DNA from: an uncultured Lachnospiraceae bacterium
Lineage (GTDB): Bacteria > Bacillota > Clostridia > Lachnospirales > Lachnospiraceae
DNA: 44,810 nt
Assembly (NCBI GenBank): GCA_947565885.1
Contig: CANOHX010000001.1
Span: 1 to 44,810, forward strand
Reading direction: 5' to 3'
The notes under the pieces were generated by a model. The model did not search any database, had not been told where the DNA came from, and saw only the letters and a program-made list of their open reading frames with translations. The position numbers and the translations under genes were made by a program. This document shows positions 27,906 through 36,928 of the stretch, in pieces. Position 1 is the first letter of the stretch; the number at the start of each line of letters is the position of its first letter.

Positions 27906-28958
27906 AAATACCTCCTGAAAATTCCACTCTGGCTGCTACCCTTCAGCAGCGCCAATCAATACCTGCTTCCCTTCAAATGCAAAACCATATTTTTTTATCT
28001 TGTCTGCTGCAAATCCTTTCTCCTCCAGCGTGGCTGCATATCTCTTATCCTCAATCTGCTGCAATGCCGCGGCAACCGCCTCCTCCAGATCCTTTTCCTT
28101 CCTTGGATTGTATACCTTGAATTCCAGAATGATTGCATCGTCCTCCTGATTGCGCGGCTCCAGCATCACGTCATACCTGCCAAAGCCGCTCTCACGGTTG
28201 GAGGTCAGCGTATAGCGGTCTGCGAGCTCCACCATCAGCCCCAGCACAAAGCCATGGTAAAAGCGTTCCGGCTCCGCGCCGCCCCCCGTGTCAAAATAGC
28301 TGAACATTTTCATCGCCACCCGGTTCATATAGACGTTCATTGCATCCACATCTTCCTGCAGTAACGCCTGGATGAAATCATTATAGTTGGACTCTTCCCT
28401 GGCAAACCACCCACGCACCATGCTGTAAAACATCCTCCGCGTCTCATAGTTCACCAGCGTCAGCTCATACATGGGGTCATTGCACGTCTCCATCAGCTCT
28501 TCCCGCTCCATATCCAGCACCTTTAGGTAGCCGCTTGCCAGAAGCAGGCTCCAGACTGCCGTCTCGTTGTTGTCCAGCTGGCTAAAGACAATCTGCTCAT
28601 CAATCGGGCATCTCAGATGTTCCCCTTTCAGCAGCTTCTCAAAAGACAGTTTAATCCGCCTGCTTCCTTCCCGGATCACTTTCCCCACTAAGCTGTTCGC
28701 ACTCGTATTCGCCCAATATGCGCCGTATTTCCCAGTATCCAAAAAATTCAGGATTGACCATGGATTATAAATATCCTGGACATCCCCAAAGATAAAACCG
28801 TCGTACCAGCGCTTTACCTGCTCTTTTTCCTTTTCCAAACCACACTCTTCCAGGGCAGCGAAAACCTCCTGTTCCGTAAATCCAAAAGAGGTTGCATATT
28901 CATTTGACGTAGATGTAACCACTTTCAGATTGTTTAAGTCTGAGAAAATGGATTCCTT
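26226..28958. repeat. 1,008-bp direct repeat (26226-27233 and 27951-28958, offset 1,725)
   Basis: No mismatch seen on reading. Both proteins are identical from SKESIFSD to VLIG, and the antisense ORFs 26842..27045 and 28567..28770 are also identical. Confidence 0.9.
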
Positions 28959-29630
28959 ACTCACTCGGGTTATCCCAATCATAATTGCTCTTTCCAAATA
29001 AGGATTGGTCTTAAAAGTAGCATTAAACAGGCTTCTCGTAAATGCCACCATCTCTTTCCAGTACCCATTTACATATGCTTCCTGCAAAGGAGTATCATAT
29101 TCATCTAACAGCATTATTATTTTCTTCCTATAATAACGTGATAAATATTCCATTAATTTATGCAATGCCTGAGCAGCCATAGCATCATCCATGCAACTGG
29201 ATATTGCGAGATATTCTGCTTTTTCGTTTTCACTCAATATATCTTTCTCCAGCAGAAAACGATTTCGTTCATAAAGCGAAGTCAGCATACTACAGATTTG
29301 TTTTCTAGCAACTGAATACTCCACTGTTTTCACGGAAGCAAAACTCAGAAAAATCACCGGATACGTCCCCTGAATCTTCCGGTATTTTTCATCTTCCCAG
29401 ATAGACAGGCCTTCAAACAACTCCGCACGCCCCTCATATTTATTGGAAAAAAAGTTCTCCAGCATACTCATGTTGAGCGTCTTTCCAAAACGCCGCGGGC
29501 GGGTAATCAGGGTGACGCTGTCCCCGCTCTCCCACCATTCCTTGATAAATTCCGTCTTATCAACATAAAAATAATCATTTTCAATAATTACATCAAAATT
29601 TTGGATGCCGATTGCAACTGTCCGTGCCAT
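27936..29630 (-). CDS. AAA-ATPase-like domain + PD-(D/E)XK nuclease, copy 2
   Basis: Same motifs as copy 1; RBS AGGAGG. Confidence 0.9.
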   Translation of the reverse strand: MARTVAIGIQNFDVIIENDYFYVDKTEFIKEWWESGDSVTLITRPRRFGKTLNMSMLENFFSNKYEGRAELFEGLSIWEDEKYRKIQGTYPVIFLSFASVKTVEYSVARKQICSMLTSLYERNRFLLEKDILSENEKAEYLAISSCMDDAMAAQALHKLMEYLSRYYRKKIIMLLDEYDTPLQEAYVNGYWKEMVAFTRSLFNATFKTNPYLERAIMIGITRVSKESIFSDLNNLKVVTSTSNEYATSFGFTEQEVFAALEECGLEKEKEQVKRWYDGFIFGDVQDIYNPWSILNFLDTGKYGAYWANTSANSLVGKVIREGSRRIKLSFEKLLKGEHLRCPIDEQIVFSQLDNNETAVWSLLLASGYLKVLDMEREELMETCNDPMYELTLVNYETRRMFYSMVRGWFAREESNYNDFIQALLQEDVDAMNVYMNRVAMKMFSYFDTGGGAEPERFYHGFVLGLMVELADRYTLTSNRESGFGRYDVMLEPRNQEDDAIILEFKVYNPRKEKDLEEAVAAALQQIEDKRYAATLEEKGFAADKIKKYGFAFEGKQVLIGAAEG

Positions 29631-29659
29631 GCAAACCTCCTGAAGACATTTCTATTAAT

Positions 29660-29694
29660 GAATCCGCTATACCTTTCCTTAGTATAGCGGATTC
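29660..29694. terminator. 13-bp stem hairpin downstream of pyrD (terminator or operator)
   Basis: GAATCCGCTATAC-9 nt-GTATAGCGGATTC; the U tract is weak on the minus strand. Confidence 0.4.
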
Positions 29695-29730
29695 TTCTTC
29701 ACATCACTATTTCCAACCTAAAAAACCTGT

Positions 29731-30633
29731 TTACCTCACAGCTCCAATCAGCTCTTTGATATCTTCCACGCTATATTCTTCCATATAATCGTGAATTCCC
29801 TGCACAATCTCCATCGTCACCTGCGGATTACGGAAATTCGCTGTTCCCACGGCTACCGCGCTGGCTCCTGCCATCATCAGCTCAATGGCATCTTCAGCCG
29901 TCAGGATACCGCCCATGCCAATAATAGGGATATCGACTGCCTGAGCCGCCTGATAAACCATGCGCACCGCAATGGGATGGATAGCTGGGCCCGATAAGCC
30001 GCCGGTCTTATTGGCAAGGGCAAACTTGCGGCTGTGAATATCTATTTTCATGCCAGTAATCGTATTGATTAAAGACAGGACGTCCGCGCCGCCTGCCTCC
30101 GCAGCTTTCGCCATTTCGGCAATGTCCGTTACATTGGGGCTCAGCTTCATGATAATCGGCTGTTTTGCATGTCTCTTTACTTCTTTCGTAATGTCCTCTA
30201 TTGACTTGGCATTCTGCCCAAAGGCAATGCCGCCCTCCTCCACGTTCGGACAGGAAATATTGATTTCCAGCATATCTACCGGCTGCGCTGCAAGCCGCTC
30301 AACTACTTCGCAGTAATCCTGCACGGTCCTGCCGCAGACATTTACGATAATCCTGGTATCAAATTTTGCCAGAAAGGGGATATCTCGCTCTACAAGCATG
30401 TCAATACCGGGATTCTGCAGTCCCACAGCATTGAGCATTCCCCCATAAGTCTCTGCAATCCTCGGTGTAAGGTTTCCTGTCCAGGGCGTGCTGGCAACGC
30501 CTTTCGTAACCACAGCGCCCAGCTTATTCAAATCTACAAACTCTGCAAACTCCTGACCGGAGCCGAAAGTCCCTGATGCCGTCATAACCGGGTTTTTGAA
30601 TGTTACGCCCGCTAAACTTACCTTTGTATTCAT
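29731..30633 (-). CDS. pyrD: dihydroorotate dehydrogenase B, catalytic subunit
   Basis: ASGTFG, NAVGLQNPG, EINISCPNV, KLSPNV, INT and GGLSGPAI motifs. Confidence 0.95.
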   Translation of the reverse strand: MNTKVSLAGVTFKNPVMTASGTFGSGQEFAEFVDLNKLGAVVTKGVASTPWTGNLTPRIAETYGGMLNAVGLQNPGIDMLVERDIPFLAKFDTRIIVNVCGRTVQDYCEVVERLAAQPVDMLEINISCPNVEEGGIAFGQNAKSIEDITKEVKRHAKQPIIMKLSPNVTDIAEMAKAAEAGGADVLSLINTITGMKIDIHSRKFALANKTGGLSGPAIHPIAVRMVYQAAQAVDIPIIGMGGILTAEDAIELMMAGASAVAVGTANFRNPQVTMEIVQGIHDYMEEYSVEDIKELIGAVR

Positions 30634-31400
30634 CAGAACTCCACCTCCTCTGCACGAAATACCGGACCTTCCTTACAGATTCGCTTGCTGTTTACATTTG
30701 TATGACCGTCCCGCTCTTTGGATTTGCAGATGCAGCCCAGACAGGCGCCAATCCCACAGGCCATCCGTTCTTCCAGGGAAACCCAGCACTCCATATTTCT
30801 CTCCCTGGCATATGCTTTCACCGCCCGCAGCATGGGCATAGGCCCACAGGCATAGATTATCTCCGCATCCAGGCCATTTTCACGGATCACATCCATGACA
30901 TTCCCCTCCGTGCCGTAACTTCCATCCTCCGTCGCCACATAAGGATTGCCCAGACGTTTAAACTCCTCCTGCAAAAACAGGGAATCCTGGTAACCTAATA
31001 TCATCTGTTTCTCACATTTCAGTTCCTTGGCAAGCTGCAGCATCGGCGGTATGCCGATTCCGCCTCCGATAAGGAACGCTTTTTTCTCCTTGAGTGGAAA
31101 CCCATTCCCCAGGGGACCTACAATATCTACGCTTCCCCCGGTGCGCATCTTGGAAAACTCCTCGGTCCCCTTGCCCTGCACACGGTATACAATGCGCAGC
31201 GCCTGGTCTGCCCGGTCAATCTCGCAGATGCTGATGGGTCTTGGCAAAAGCCGGCTCCCCTCATGGCAATATATGGAAATAAACTGCCCAGGTTTTGCAT
31301 TCCCGGCAATCTTATCTGTCTTCAGCCACATGCTGTAAATCCCATAGGAAATTTCTTCCTGCCGGATAATCACAGCCTGTTCCTTAAATTTATCCGCCAT
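30633..31400 (-). CDS. pyrK: dihydroorotate dehydrogenase electron transfer subunit
   Basis: LLPRPISI, GPLGNGF, GGGIGIPP, CGP and the [2Fe-2S] motif MACGIGACLGC..C.EGPVF. Confidence 0.95.
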   Translation of the reverse strand: MADKFKEQAVIIRQEEISYGIYSMWLKTDKIAGNAKPGQFISIYCHEGSRLLPRPISICEIDRADQALRIVYRVQGKGTEEFSKMRTGGSVDIVGPLGNGFPLKEKKAFLIGGGIGIPPMLQLAKELKCEKQMILGYQDSLFLQEEFKRLGNPYVATEDGSYGTEGNVMDVIRENGLDAEIIYACGPMPMLRAVKAYARERNMECWVSLEERMACGIGACLGCICKSKERDGHTNVNSKRICKEGPVFRAEEVEF

Positions 31401-31452
31401 ACTCTTCTCCTAATTCTTTTACTTATTTATTTCTCTTAAGTGCGCTTTCTAA

Positions 31453-31479
31453 GGAAATACTGATTAAATCAGCGTTTCC
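31453..31479. repeat. 27-bp palindromic dispersed repeat overlapping the pyrF stop codon
   Basis: GGAAATACTGATTAAATCAGCGTTTCC; 25/27 identical to the reverse complement of 36841-36867. Confidence 0.7.
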
Positions 31480-32383
31480 CTATATCCTCTGCCATTGCCT
31501 CCACAGCAGCCCTGGAAGCTTCTGCAAAATGCTCTTCTCCAAATTTCTCATACGCTTCCTGCTTATATGCTGCAATGATGCCCCGGGAAGAATTGACAAT
31601 TGCCCCTAATCCGTCCTCATTAAAGAAATGCGCCAAATCTGCGCCTGTCCCTCCCTGTGCGCCGTAGCCTGGCACCAAAATAAAACTCTTCGGCATAATC
31701 TTACGCAAAACCTTACCCATCTCAGGATAGGTCGCGCCCACCACAGCCCCGATATTGCTGTAGCTTTGCCCCATGCAGTCCTTGCCCCACTCTGCTACTT
31801 TCTCCCCAACCAGTTCATAGAGCGGTCTGCCGTCAACCAGCCTGTCCTGAAATTCACCGCTGGAAGGATTGGAAGTCTTAACCAGGATAAACAGGCCTTT
31901 CTTCTGCTCCTTACATACATCTATAAATGGCTTTACGCCGTCCGTCCCCAGATAGGGATTGACTGTCACAAAATCTTCCCCAAAAGGCATGTATTCTTTG
32001 CTGCCAACCTTCACAATCCCGAGATGCCCCGCCGCATAGGCTGCCGAGGTAGAGCCAATGTCCCCGCGCTTAATATCGCCGATTACGATCAGGTCTTTTT
32101 GGCGGCAGTAATCCACCGTCTTCTGAAACGCCTTAAGCCCAGGAATGCCAAACTGTTCATACATGGCAATCTGTGGCTTCACTGCCGGAATCAAATCGTA
32201 TGTGTGGTCCACAATCTCCTTATTGAACTGCCAAATTGCCTCCGCAGCCCCATCCAGAGTCTCGCCAAATTCTGCAAAAGCTTTCTTCTGAATATGCTCC
32301 GGAATATAATTCATCATAGGATCCAGCCCCACGACAATCGGCGCATGGGTCTTTTTTATTTTCTCTATCAGTCTGTCAATCAT
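31469..32383 (-). CDS. pyrF: orotidine-5'-phosphate decarboxylase (long form)
   Basis: VGLDP, KPQIAMYE, DIKRGDIGST, VNPYLG, VVGAT, LVPGYGAQGG and NSSRGI motifs. Confidence 0.95.
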   Translation of the reverse strand: MIDRLIEKIKKTHAPIVVGLDPMMNYIPEHIQKKAFAEFGETLDGAAEAIWQFNKEIVDHTYDLIPAVKPQIAMYEQFGIPGLKAFQKTVDYCRQKDLIVIGDIKRGDIGSTSAAYAAGHLGIVKVGSKEYMPFGEDFVTVNPYLGTDGVKPFIDVCKEQKKGLFILVKTSNPSSGEFQDRLVDGRPLYELVGEKVAEWGKDCMGQSYSNIGAVVGATYPEMGKVLRKIMPKSFILVPGYGAQGGTGADLAHFFNEDGLGAIVNSSRGIIAAYKQEAYEKFGEEHFAEASRAAVEAMAEDIGKR

Positions 32384-32385
32384 CT

Positions 32386-33663
32386 CTATGCCCTCTCATA
32401 CAACACTCTGCCATTGGCGATAGTCGCCATGACCATCCCTTTTACTTTCTTTCCTGCAAAAGGCGTATTGCGTCCTTTCGATTTGAATTCAGCCGGGTCA
32501 ATCACATACTGCTTCTTAGGATGGAACACGACAAGATCCGCCGCTTTTCCTTCCTCCAGGACGCCTTTATCCAGCCCTAAAATCTTCGCCGGATTATAAC
32601 TCATCTTCTCTGCCATCTGCATAACTGTCAGATATCCCTTATCTACCAATTCTGTAAACGTAATGGCTGCCGCCGTCTCTAATCCAACGATGCCAAACGG
32701 CGCTTTCTTGATGCCCAGCCCTTTCTCTATGGGCGTATGGGGTGCATGGTCGGTAGCAATCACATCAATGATGCCGTCTTTCAGGCCCTGTCGCAGCGCT
32801 TCCACATCCGCCTTGGTCCTCAGCGGCGGATTCATCTTATAATTTGCGTCATCCGCCGTGATATCTTCACTGGTCAGGGAAAAATGATGCGGACATACTT
32901 CTGCAGTCACACGAATCCCCTCATTCTTAGCCAATTCTACCATCCTCACGCTGTCTTTGGTAGAACAGTGGCATAAATGCAGCGCCGCTCCGGTGTCCTT
33001 GGCGAGCATAATGTCACGCGCTACAATCACATCTTCCACGGCATTGGAAATCCCTGCGAACCCCATCTTCTTCATGGCCTTGTCCGCATTTACCACGCCT
33101 TTCATAACCATATTGGCATCTTCACAATGCGCAAGCACCGGGATGTCATACTTGACGGCAAGCGTCATGGCTTCGCGGTAAAGCTGAGAGTTCATCACTG
33201 TCTTGCCATCTTCGCTGATTGCAGGGATTCCTGCCTCCACCATCGCCTCAATGTCAGACAGTTCTTCTCCCCGCTGTCCTTTGGTGACCGCCCCCGTCTG
33301 CAGGATATTGATCATGCGCACATCGCTCGCCTTGTTATGGACATAATTTACTACATCTGCATTGTCCACCACCGGCTTCGTATTCGGCATGGCGACAATT
33401 GTCGTAAAACCGCCGCGTGCCGCCGCCTTGGCGCCAGTCTCCACAGTCTCCTTATGCTCCTGCCCCGGGTCGCGCAGGTGAACGTGCATGTCAATGAATC
33501 CTGGCATGACATAACAGCCTGAGGCATCCACAACGCGGTCCGCTTTCATCTTCTGCTTGGGGGCGATTTTCTTAATAATGCCGTCCTCCACAAGCACGTC
33601 TGCCGCTGTCTCTGTCTGATCTGCCGGATTGATTACCGTCCCATTCTGAATAAGTAGTAACAT
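32386..33663 (-). CDS. pyrC: dihydroorotase
   Basis: DMHVHLRDPG, MPNT, HCED, CHCST, EVCPHH, KMNPPLR and ATDHAPH motifs. Confidence 0.95.
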   Translation of the reverse strand: MLLLIQNGTVINPADQTETAADVLVEDGIIKKIAPKQKMKADRVVDASGCYVMPGFIDMHVHLRDPGQEHKETVETGAKAAARGGFTTIVAMPNTKPVVDNADVVNYVHNKASDVRMINILQTGAVTKGQRGEELSDIEAMVEAGIPAISEDGKTVMNSQLYREAMTLAVKYDIPVLAHCEDANMVMKGVVNADKAMKKMGFAGISNAVEDVIVARDIMLAKDTGAALHLCHCSTKDSVRMVELAKNEGIRVTAEVCPHHFSLTSEDITADDANYKMNPPLRTKADVEALRQGLKDGIIDVIATDHAPHTPIEKGLGIKKAPFGIVGLETAAAITFTELVDKGYLTVMQMAEKMSYNPAKILGLDKGVLEEGKAADLVVFHPKKQYVIDPAEFKSKGRNTPFAGKKVKGMVMATIANGRVLYERA

Positions 33664-33749
33664 ATTAAAATCCTTTCTGAATCGTTATGGTATTCCTTAC
33701 TGATTCGCCCCGATTCCACGGCAAAACAGGTCCTTTTTCCTATAATCTT

Positions 33750-33778
33750 ATTCTATCACAGAAAAAAAGTAGGGGCAA
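33750..33778 (-). promoter_or_regulatory. sigma-A promoter of pyrC-pyrF-pyrK-pyrD
   Basis: Minus strand TTGCCC-17 nt-TAGAAT with an extended TG. Confidence 0.55.
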
Positions 33779-33805
33779 CCTCCTTTGCCAATAATAATAA
33801 ATTGC

Positions 33806-33833
33806 TTGAAAAAAAGCAGACATATGATAAAAT
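33806..33833 (+). promoter_or_regulatory. sigma-A promoter of the surface protein gene, divergent from pyrC
   Basis: TTGAAA-16 nt-TAAAAT with an extended TG. Confidence 0.55.
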
Positions 33834-33879
33834 TTTATTGTGTAGGATTATACACAAACAGGAAGGAGAAAATTTTTTT

Positions 33880-36834
33880 ATGAACACAAATTTTGATTTC
33901 AGCAAGTTCAAAAACAAGGCAAACTGGAAGCGCGTTGTAGTTTTCTTTTTGTCTATGGTATTGCTGCTTACCGGCATTGTAATACCGGATTTCCCGCTCT
34001 ATGGCTCTATGACGGCCCACGCCAGCGCCAGCGGGGATGCGAGGGGTGATTATTATAAACAGGATTCTTTTCCCATAAGCTATCTGGAACAGGAAGAGAT
34101 ACATACGATTACAGCCGAGGGGAAGCTTGGTCCCATCAACGCTGTTACCTGGTATCAGTTTACCCCATCTGAGACGGCGGATTATGCTTTCTGGGGCAGC
34201 AGCGCAGATAATTCCTACTTAGATACTTATGGCTCTGTCTATACCAAAAATACAGCAGAAGGATGTTATGAACTGCTCATAAGCAATGATGACTGGAAAG
34301 ACGGTCATTTTAGGATTCACACAACCCTCAATGCCGGCACAACGTATTTCCTGTGTGCCGGTTATTATAATTACAATACAACCGGAGAGTATGAGCCGTC
34401 TTTCTGCAAATCTTATATCGCAGACGTACACGCAAAAATTAATGGCGTAGAAAAGTCTTATCTGTCAACAAAATATGGCAAATCCTACATACTGGAAGCC
34501 GACGCTACTTGTGTAAACGGCGCGACGCCAACCTATGAATGGTATACGCTCGATGAGAACAATGCTAAAAAAGTCCTCCCAGGAACCGGCAGTACCTATA
34601 CTTATACGGAATCAGGCACAACGGAAAGCAGCACCCATATATTCTGTACCGTTACAGCCGGCACGGAATCTATGACTGTAGATTTTAATATGTATTTTCT
34701 TCCGTTTAATGTAAATATAAGCATTGACGGAGACAATACCGCTTCTATTGATTATCAGATGAACCATACCTACACAATTCAGGCAAAGACATTCTCTGCC
34801 GCCGGCAGCAAACTTACCTACAAATGGAGGCTTGATGATAAAGTGCTGCAGACAGGAAACAGCGACACCCTTTCTTTCAGGCCAACCACAGAGATTTTAG
34901 GAGATAATTATCAGAGTTTTTATCTTCTTTGTGATATTACTGATGAAAACGGCTGCCAAACGACATCATACATTTACTTTTTCTACCGCCCGGTAAAAAT
35001 AATACGTGCAGAAATAAACGGAACGAAAACAGACGGCAGCGAAGGCATATTCAAAGGGATTCCTTATACCCTGAAAGTGGATGTTGCTGCAGATCCAACG
35101 AAAAAACTGACCTACGAATGGCAAAAGGCAGGTTCGGGCTCCGTCGTCAGTTCCGAACAGACCTATCAATATACGATGAACAATGAAACGAGCGAAGAAC
35201 AAATCGTTTGTATTGTCTCTGATGGCACAAATATCGATACATATTGGTTTGACTTATACTATACGCCCTTACTCAGCAACAGCCTGACTGTAAACGGAAG
35301 CAGTGCCTCCGGAAATGCAATTCCGGTACACGTAGGCGAAACTTATGAGTTTAAAGTATCTGTAGAGGCCGATTCAAACGCAGAACTTACTTACCAATGG
35401 GGCATACAGGAAAAATCCGGACCAAATAAAGGATTCACACCTCTCTCCGGAAAGACTGGGGATACCTACACCTGTAGGATAAACAAGGAATCAGACCTCA
35501 TACCGAAACTGACATGCCGTATTACATCTGCTGACAGAATCCTGTCACAGCAGAAATGCTATATGAGGTACACGCCAATTTATGATGTTCAGCTTTCCAT
35601 TAACGGAGTCCCCAATAATATTGCAACAACCAGGATGAACCAGAAATATGTCCTGGATGTGAAAGCTTCGGGCGAACCTGGGAAGAACCTGACATATAAC
35701 TGGTATACAGATGACAGCGACAAGTTAGCAGATACAAGTTCCTATACTTATACGCCGACAGACAATTATAACCACAATATTTACTGTCAAATCTCAGATG
35801 GCACACACTCCCGCTATGAATCTTTCCGCCTGAGAGATTTTGATTCTGATTCATATGACTTTACCATCAACGGCGTATCCACAAACATGGCTTACGCCTA
35901 TGAGGGCGAGAAAGTCACCCTGGAATTTAAGGATAAAAAGGATATCGCTGGCGAGATTTCCTGGAATTGGGGCTCTGACGATTTTGCCAATTATACAGAC
36001 AAGATAACTGTCACCATGGGCAAAGACATCCTGATGGGCACCTGCTCCTGGGACGACGGCATGGCGTACTTTGCACTGCTCCCAACAGACAAAAAACCTG
36101 ACGACCCGAATAAGCCAAACGACCCAAACAAACCGAATAACCCGAACAACCCGAACACACCAAATCAGCCCTGCACAAGCCATACATTTACCGCAAAACT
36201 GACAAAGACAGCTACCGTTTCAGCAGATGGTGAAATCACCAATACCTGCAGCAAGTGCGGACACACTGATAAATCTGCCATTGCCAAAATATCCGATGTC
36301 AAGCTTTCCAAGACATCCCTGGATTACAATGGGAAGAAACAAAGCATTGCCTTAACCGTGAAAGACCGCACAGGCAAACAGCTCAAAGCTGGAACCGATT
36401 ACGACTTCACGTTAAACGGCAAGAATGCAAACGCTATCGCTGCCAAGGACGTTGGAAAATACACGGTAAAGGTCGAATTCAAGGGTAATTATAGCGGAAG
36501 CAAAGATTTATCTTTCACGCTACTGCCGAAGAAAACCTCTCTCTCCAAGCTGACTGCCATCAAGAAAGGCTTTAAGGCGGTTTGGAAGAAACAAAACGCA
36601 CAGGTGACCGGATATGAGCTTTGCTATTCCACGAATAAATCTTTTAAGAAGAAAACGACAAAAACAGTCCTCATCAAGAGTAATAAAACAACTTCCAAGA
36701 CCATCAAGAAATTAAAGGCAAAGACCAAGTATTATGTGAAAGTCCGCACTTATAAAAACATAAAAGCCGGCAAGAAAACGGTAAAATTATATAGCAAATG
36801 GTCCGCGCCTAAAACCATCATAACAAAAAAATAA
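33880..36834 (+). CDS. secreted surface protein: PPC-like domain, about 6 Ig-like repeats, Pro/Asn linker, Lys-rich FN3-like C-terminus
   Basis: ATG after AAGGAG and a signal peptide. WYQFTP..DTYG..SNDD..LNAGTTY; repeated TY.W...YTY....C.(V/I); (PNx)n linker; W.K....TGYEL.YS..KLKAKTKYYVKVRTY. Confidence 0.8.
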   Translation: MNTNFDFSKFKNKANWKRVVVFFLSMVLLLTGIVIPDFPLYGSMTAHASASGDARGDYYKQDSFPISYLEQEEIHTITAEGKLGPINAVTWYQFTPSETADYAFWGSSADNSYLDTYGSVYTKNTAEGCYELLISNDDWKDGHFRIHTTLNAGTTYFLCAGYYNYNTTGEYEPSFCKSYIADVHAKINGVEKSYLSTKYGKSYILEADATCVNGATPTYEWYTLDENNAKKVLPGTGSTYTYTESGTTESSTHIFCTVTAGTESMTVDFNMYFLPFNVNISIDGDNTASIDYQMNHTYTIQAKTFSAAGSKLTYKWRLDDKVLQTGNSDTLSFRPTTEILGDNYQSFYLLCDITDENGCQTTSYIYFFYRPVKIIRAEINGTKTDGSEGIFKGIPYTLKVDVAADPTKKLTYEWQKAGSGSVVSSEQTYQYTMNNETSEEQIVCIVSDGTNIDTYWFDLYYTPLLSNSLTVNGSSASGNAIPVHVGETYEFKVSVEADSNAELTYQWGIQEKSGPNKGFTPLSGKTGDTYTCRINKESDLIPKLTCRITSADRILSQQKCYMRYTPIYDVQLSINGVPNNIATTRMNQKYVLDVKASGEPGKNLTYNWYTDDSDKLADTSSYTYTPTDNYNHNIYCQISDGTHSRYESFRLRDFDSDSYDFTINGVSTNMAYAYEGEKVTLEFKDKKDIAGEISWNWGSDDFANYTDKITVTMGKDILMGTCSWDDGMAYFALLPTDKKPDDPNKPNDPNKPNNPNNPNTPNQPCTSHTFTAKLTKTATVSADGEITNTCSKCGHTDKSAIAKISDVKLSKTSLDYNGKKQSIALTVKDRTGKQLKAGTDYDFTLNGKNANAIAAKDVGKYTVKVEFKGNYSGSKDLSFTLLPKKTSLSKLTAIKKGFKAVWKKQNAQVTGYELCYSTNKSFKKKTTKTVLIKSNKTTSKTIKKLKAKTKYYVKVRTYKNIKAGKKTVKLYSKWSAPKTIITKK

Positions 36835-36840
36835 AGCAAG

Positions 36841-36867
36841 GGAAACACTGATTTAATCAGTATCTCC
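36841..36867. repeat. 27-bp palindromic dispersed repeat
   Basis: GGAAACACTGATTTAATCAGTATCTCC, 6 nt after the upstream stop codon. Confidence 0.7.
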
Positions 36868-36869
36868 AT

Positions 36870-36906
36870 AAGAATCCTGGTGCATAAGCTTGTACCGGGA
36901 TTCTTT
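36870..36906 (+). terminator. hairpin, possible terminator or processing stem
   Basis: AAGAATCCTGGTGCA-TAAGCT-TGTACCGGGATTCTT with a short T tract. Confidence 0.45.
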
Positions 36907-36928
36907 GGAAATCAAAAGGTTGTGCATT

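Noticed and set aside
26223-29630. Diversity-generating retroelement template/variable pair
   Set aside because: The repeat shows no adenine-specific mismatches, is 1 kb long, and no reverse transcriptase is present.
33664-33750. PyrR attenuator upstream of pyrC
   Set aside because: No AGUCCAGAGAGGCU-like binding loop or terminator/antiterminator pair is visible in the short leader.
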